Source: a virus
Virus record (IMG/VR): IMGVR_UViG_3300006217_000017
Span: 1 to 64,000 of that record
Length of the DNA: 64,000 nucleotides
Strand: one strand, 5' to 3'
Part shown: positions 62,149 through 64,000 of the stretch, one piece after another
Layout of the letters: each line of letters begins with the position of its first letter
Numbering within the stretch: the stretch's first letter is position 1
Notes under the pieces: generated by a model
What the model was told of the DNA's origin: nothing
The model's database searches: none
Seen by the model: the letters and a program-made list of their open reading frames with translations, nothing else
Program-made: the position numbers and the translations under genes

Positions 62149-62340
62149 CTACATTCCCGCATTTGCCAATCTCATATTTTTAAGTTCAGTTGTTCGTATC
62201 TGCACTTGACCGCCCTCAATATGAATATCCATTGTCTGAACATTTGAAATGTCAATAGGCTCTCCGTTTAGCCTAAATCGGTTTCCTTTTTCCTGTGTCA
62301 TGTCGATAACAAATGTGTTCAAATCATCAATTCTTGTCAT
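62149..62340 (-). CDS. hypothetical protein
   Basis: 63-aa ORF lying in series. Confidence 0.35.
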   Translation of the reverse strand: MTRIDDLNTFVIDMTQEKGNRFRLNGEPIDISNVQTMDIHIEGGQVQIRTTELKNMRLANAGM

Positions 62341-62350
62341 GCCCTACCTC

Positions 62351-62785
62351 CTACAAAATATCCAACTCCTTAAACGTCTTTGCCAATTTTGGAAATTGCG
62401 TCGCAATCCAGTCTACGAGAACCTCGTCCTTCATGTAGCTGTACAGTCCGCTTTCTCTGAAATACGCATGAATACATTCGTGAGACAGCGTTTCCTTATA
62501 ACACCGCTCTTTTTCTTCTTTTGTATCTCCGTCGCCAAGCATATTCTCTTTTGGTCTTATCCTTATTCTGTTGGAATATGGATGGCAGATACCGTCCGCA
62601 CCGTCTTTTAGGATTTCTTCATCTGTTTCAATCGTGTATTCTGTTCCAAGAATATTTACTTTTGTGCAATCATCGTAATACTCTCCTGTTTCTACTGGAT
62701 ATTTCTTTCCTTCTACTTCCAGATACTCAACGTTTCCATCTTTATCCTTCTTGTAAATTGGTTTTAATGCCATATCGCACCTCAC
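62351..62785 (-). CDS. HExxH-motif protein (putative metallopeptidase)
   Basis: ETLSHECIHAYFRESG within 144 aa. Confidence 0.4.
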   Translation of the reverse strand: MRCDMALKPIYKKDKDGNVEYLEVEGKKYPVETGEYYDDCTKVNILGTEYTIETDEEILKDGADGICHPYSNRIRIRPKENMLGDGDTKEEKERCYKETLSHECIHAYFRESGLYSYMKDEVLVDWIATQFPKLAKTFKELDIL

Positions 62786-63255
62786 TTAACTACTGCCTTT
62801 AACACATACTTCACAAAATTAAGGCTTTCAGATACCTTTATAACCTCGTAATCTGCCGATATAGGGTCTATAATCTCATTGTTGGTATCTTTGTACCCTA
62901 CCTCGCTTTTCGTCCAAATAAGGCTACCCTCGACGATTGGATAAGCACCTTTTTGACATAGCAGAGTGGCGTTATAGTCAGAGGTCGACAAGCCAAATTC
63001 TTGCGCCTCTGCCTCTCCGCCACTCATTGCTAAACTCGATAAAAAAGAGACAGGCTTGCTGTAGCCTATCTCATATTCCCCTGTTTCAGACGGTATTTTA
63101 TTCCCGTTTTCATCAAGGTAATAAATGATGTTCCCGTCGCTGTCCTCGTAGTACTCGTAGATGATTTCGCCGTTTTCGTCACGGTTGTAGATTGGCACTT
63201 CTCCGATTTGAAGGGCATATTTCATGGATTGCTTGTTTTTTAGGAGGGTGCGCAT
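62782..63255 (-). CDS. hypothetical virion-module protein
   Basis: 157-aa ORF lying in series. Confidence 0.4.
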   Translation of the reverse strand: MRTLLKNKQSMKYALQIGEVPIYNRDENGEIIYEYYEDSDGNIIYYLDENGNKIPSETGEYEIGYSKPVSFLSSLAMSGGEAEAQEFGLSTSDYNATLLCQKGAYPIVEGSLIWTKSEVGYKDTNNEIIDPISADYEVIKVSESLNFVKYVLKAVVK

Positions 63256-63261
63256 AAAACA

Positions 63262-63564
63262 TCACTCTCCTACAATATCAATGCCATACTGCACAGCACA
63301 TTCATGTTCAATCTTGCACCCTCTGTAGTTCCGCCAACCCTCTGCAAAATAGGCGCAGTCAGCGGTAGATAGTAACTCCAAAGATTTTCCAATATACCAC
63401 AGTCCAGAATTTGCATTGCCTGGCGCATTTTCCTCAATAAAGCTGTCGATTACTTCTACTTCGCCAAAACGCTCCGTGACGCGCTTTATAATCTCGGCTC
63501 TTTCTGTTTTGATTTCTTCGTCTGTTTTACCCCTCATGGGCTGTGAAATAAATAATTTCTTCAT
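63262..63564 (-). CDS. DUF4406 / nucleoside 2-deoxyribosyltransferase-like protein
   Basis: KKLFISQPMRGKTDEEI...LELLSTADCAYFAEGWRNYRGCKIEHECAVQYGI. Confidence 0.5.
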   Translation of the reverse strand: MKKLFISQPMRGKTDEEIKTERAEIIKRVTERFGEVEVIDSFIEENAPGNANSGLWYIGKSLELLSTADCAYFAEGWRNYRGCKIEHECAVQYGIDIVGE

Positions 63565-63569
63565 GTTCT

Positions 63570-63773
63570 TTAATCCCCCTCAACCTCTGGAAGTCCTGCA
63601 ACGCTTGTCAAGATAGACAAAATTCCTGCCAGTGCAGAGGCAGACGCTACCATAATCCAATCCACGTTACCGAGTGCCGCCGCTGTGCCGATTGTGGCAA
63701 TGGAAGTTTGTGCCACCGTTTTAACTGCTCTGATTCCTGCCGCATAAATCCATTTCTTTGTTTTATCGCTCAT
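63570..63773 (-). CDS. holin-like two-TM small protein
   Basis: 67 aa: [20 protein letters not shown]...[25 protein letters not shown]. Confidence 0.45.
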   Translation of the reverse strand: MSDKTKKWIYAAGIRAVKTVAQTSIATIGTAAALGNVDWIMVASASALAGILSILTSVAGLPEVEGD

Positions 63774-63776
63774 TAT

Positions 63777-64000
63777 TCGTCATCCTCCTTATTCAAACGC
63801 CTCTCAATCGTATCAAGTCTGTGATGTGCTTGTTTTGCCGAAGCCTCGATTTCTACAATCTTTTCAGCGTGTTTCTGCACATCTTTTTTAACCGCCGACA
63901 CATCATACTTAATATCAGTTGTGTTTCGGTTAATTTCATCAAGTTTCAGATTTACCCTTGTCTGTTCTTCAATCCGTTCCCGAATTTCTTTTTCGTCTGT
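63777..64000 (-). CDS. 3' part of an ORF leaving the window (coiled-coil-like), function unknown
   Basis: The minus-strand frame is open to the window edge and lies directly upstream of the holin-like gene. Confidence 0.3.

Noticed and set aside
1-64000. tRNA, rRNA or other structured RNA genes
   Set aside because: Intergenic regions are short. The hairpins found are explained as terminators or operators, and I could not recognise a tRNA cloverleaf or T-loop consensus by eye. A tRNAscan or Infernal run would be needed to exclude small RNAs.

Overview
The window is almost entirely one temperate, siphovirus-like phage or prophage. The host is probably a low-GC Bacillota (Clostridia-like) bacterium; this is inferred from AGGAGG-type ribosome binding sites, AT-rich codon use and sporulation-related domains. 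Nearly all genes run on the minus strand. From high to low coordinates the order is as follows. (1) 64000-41660: head-tail connector and tail genes, namely major tail protein, two chaperones, a 1683-aa tape measure, distal tail, a 1112-aa tail protein with an S74 chaperone domain, and tail fibres. (2) 41200-39700: a cI/cro-type switch with divergent promoters. (3) 39700-9400: a long early operon with SSB, RecT-like and SMC-like ATPase genes, primase-helicase, replisome organiser, RNase H, an AAA+ ATPase, three methyltransferase-type genes, MazG and a PAPS-reductase-like gene. (4) 9220-7829: a large serine recombinase. (5) 6340-2500: a self-contained cargo operon of very low-complexity, Cys-, Gln- and Gly-rich proteins. 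(6) 1-1993: a short convergent plus-strand operon containing HNH genes. The observations most worth follow-up are listed here. (a) A Mu G-segment-like inverted-repeat cassette would swap a 96-aa tail-fibre tip, and no invertase lies beside it. (b) The PAPS-reductase-like gene is split by one extra unit of a (TACA)n tetranucleotide repeat. (c) The low-complexity cargo operon may relate to spores or the cell surface, and the phage also carries a Spo0A C-terminal-domain-only gene and a sigma region-4-only gene. (d) Four separate ORF-breaking lesions lie within about 9 kb of the early region. (e) A 5-kb regulatory and accessory island, bracketed by terminators, sits between the tape measure gene and the distal tail gene. 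(f) Seven homing-endonuclease-type genes are present; three are zinc-ribbon paralogs, and two of those face a divergent ribbon-helix-helix gene. All product calls come from motifs read in the supplied translations or in my own hand translations. No database search was run.
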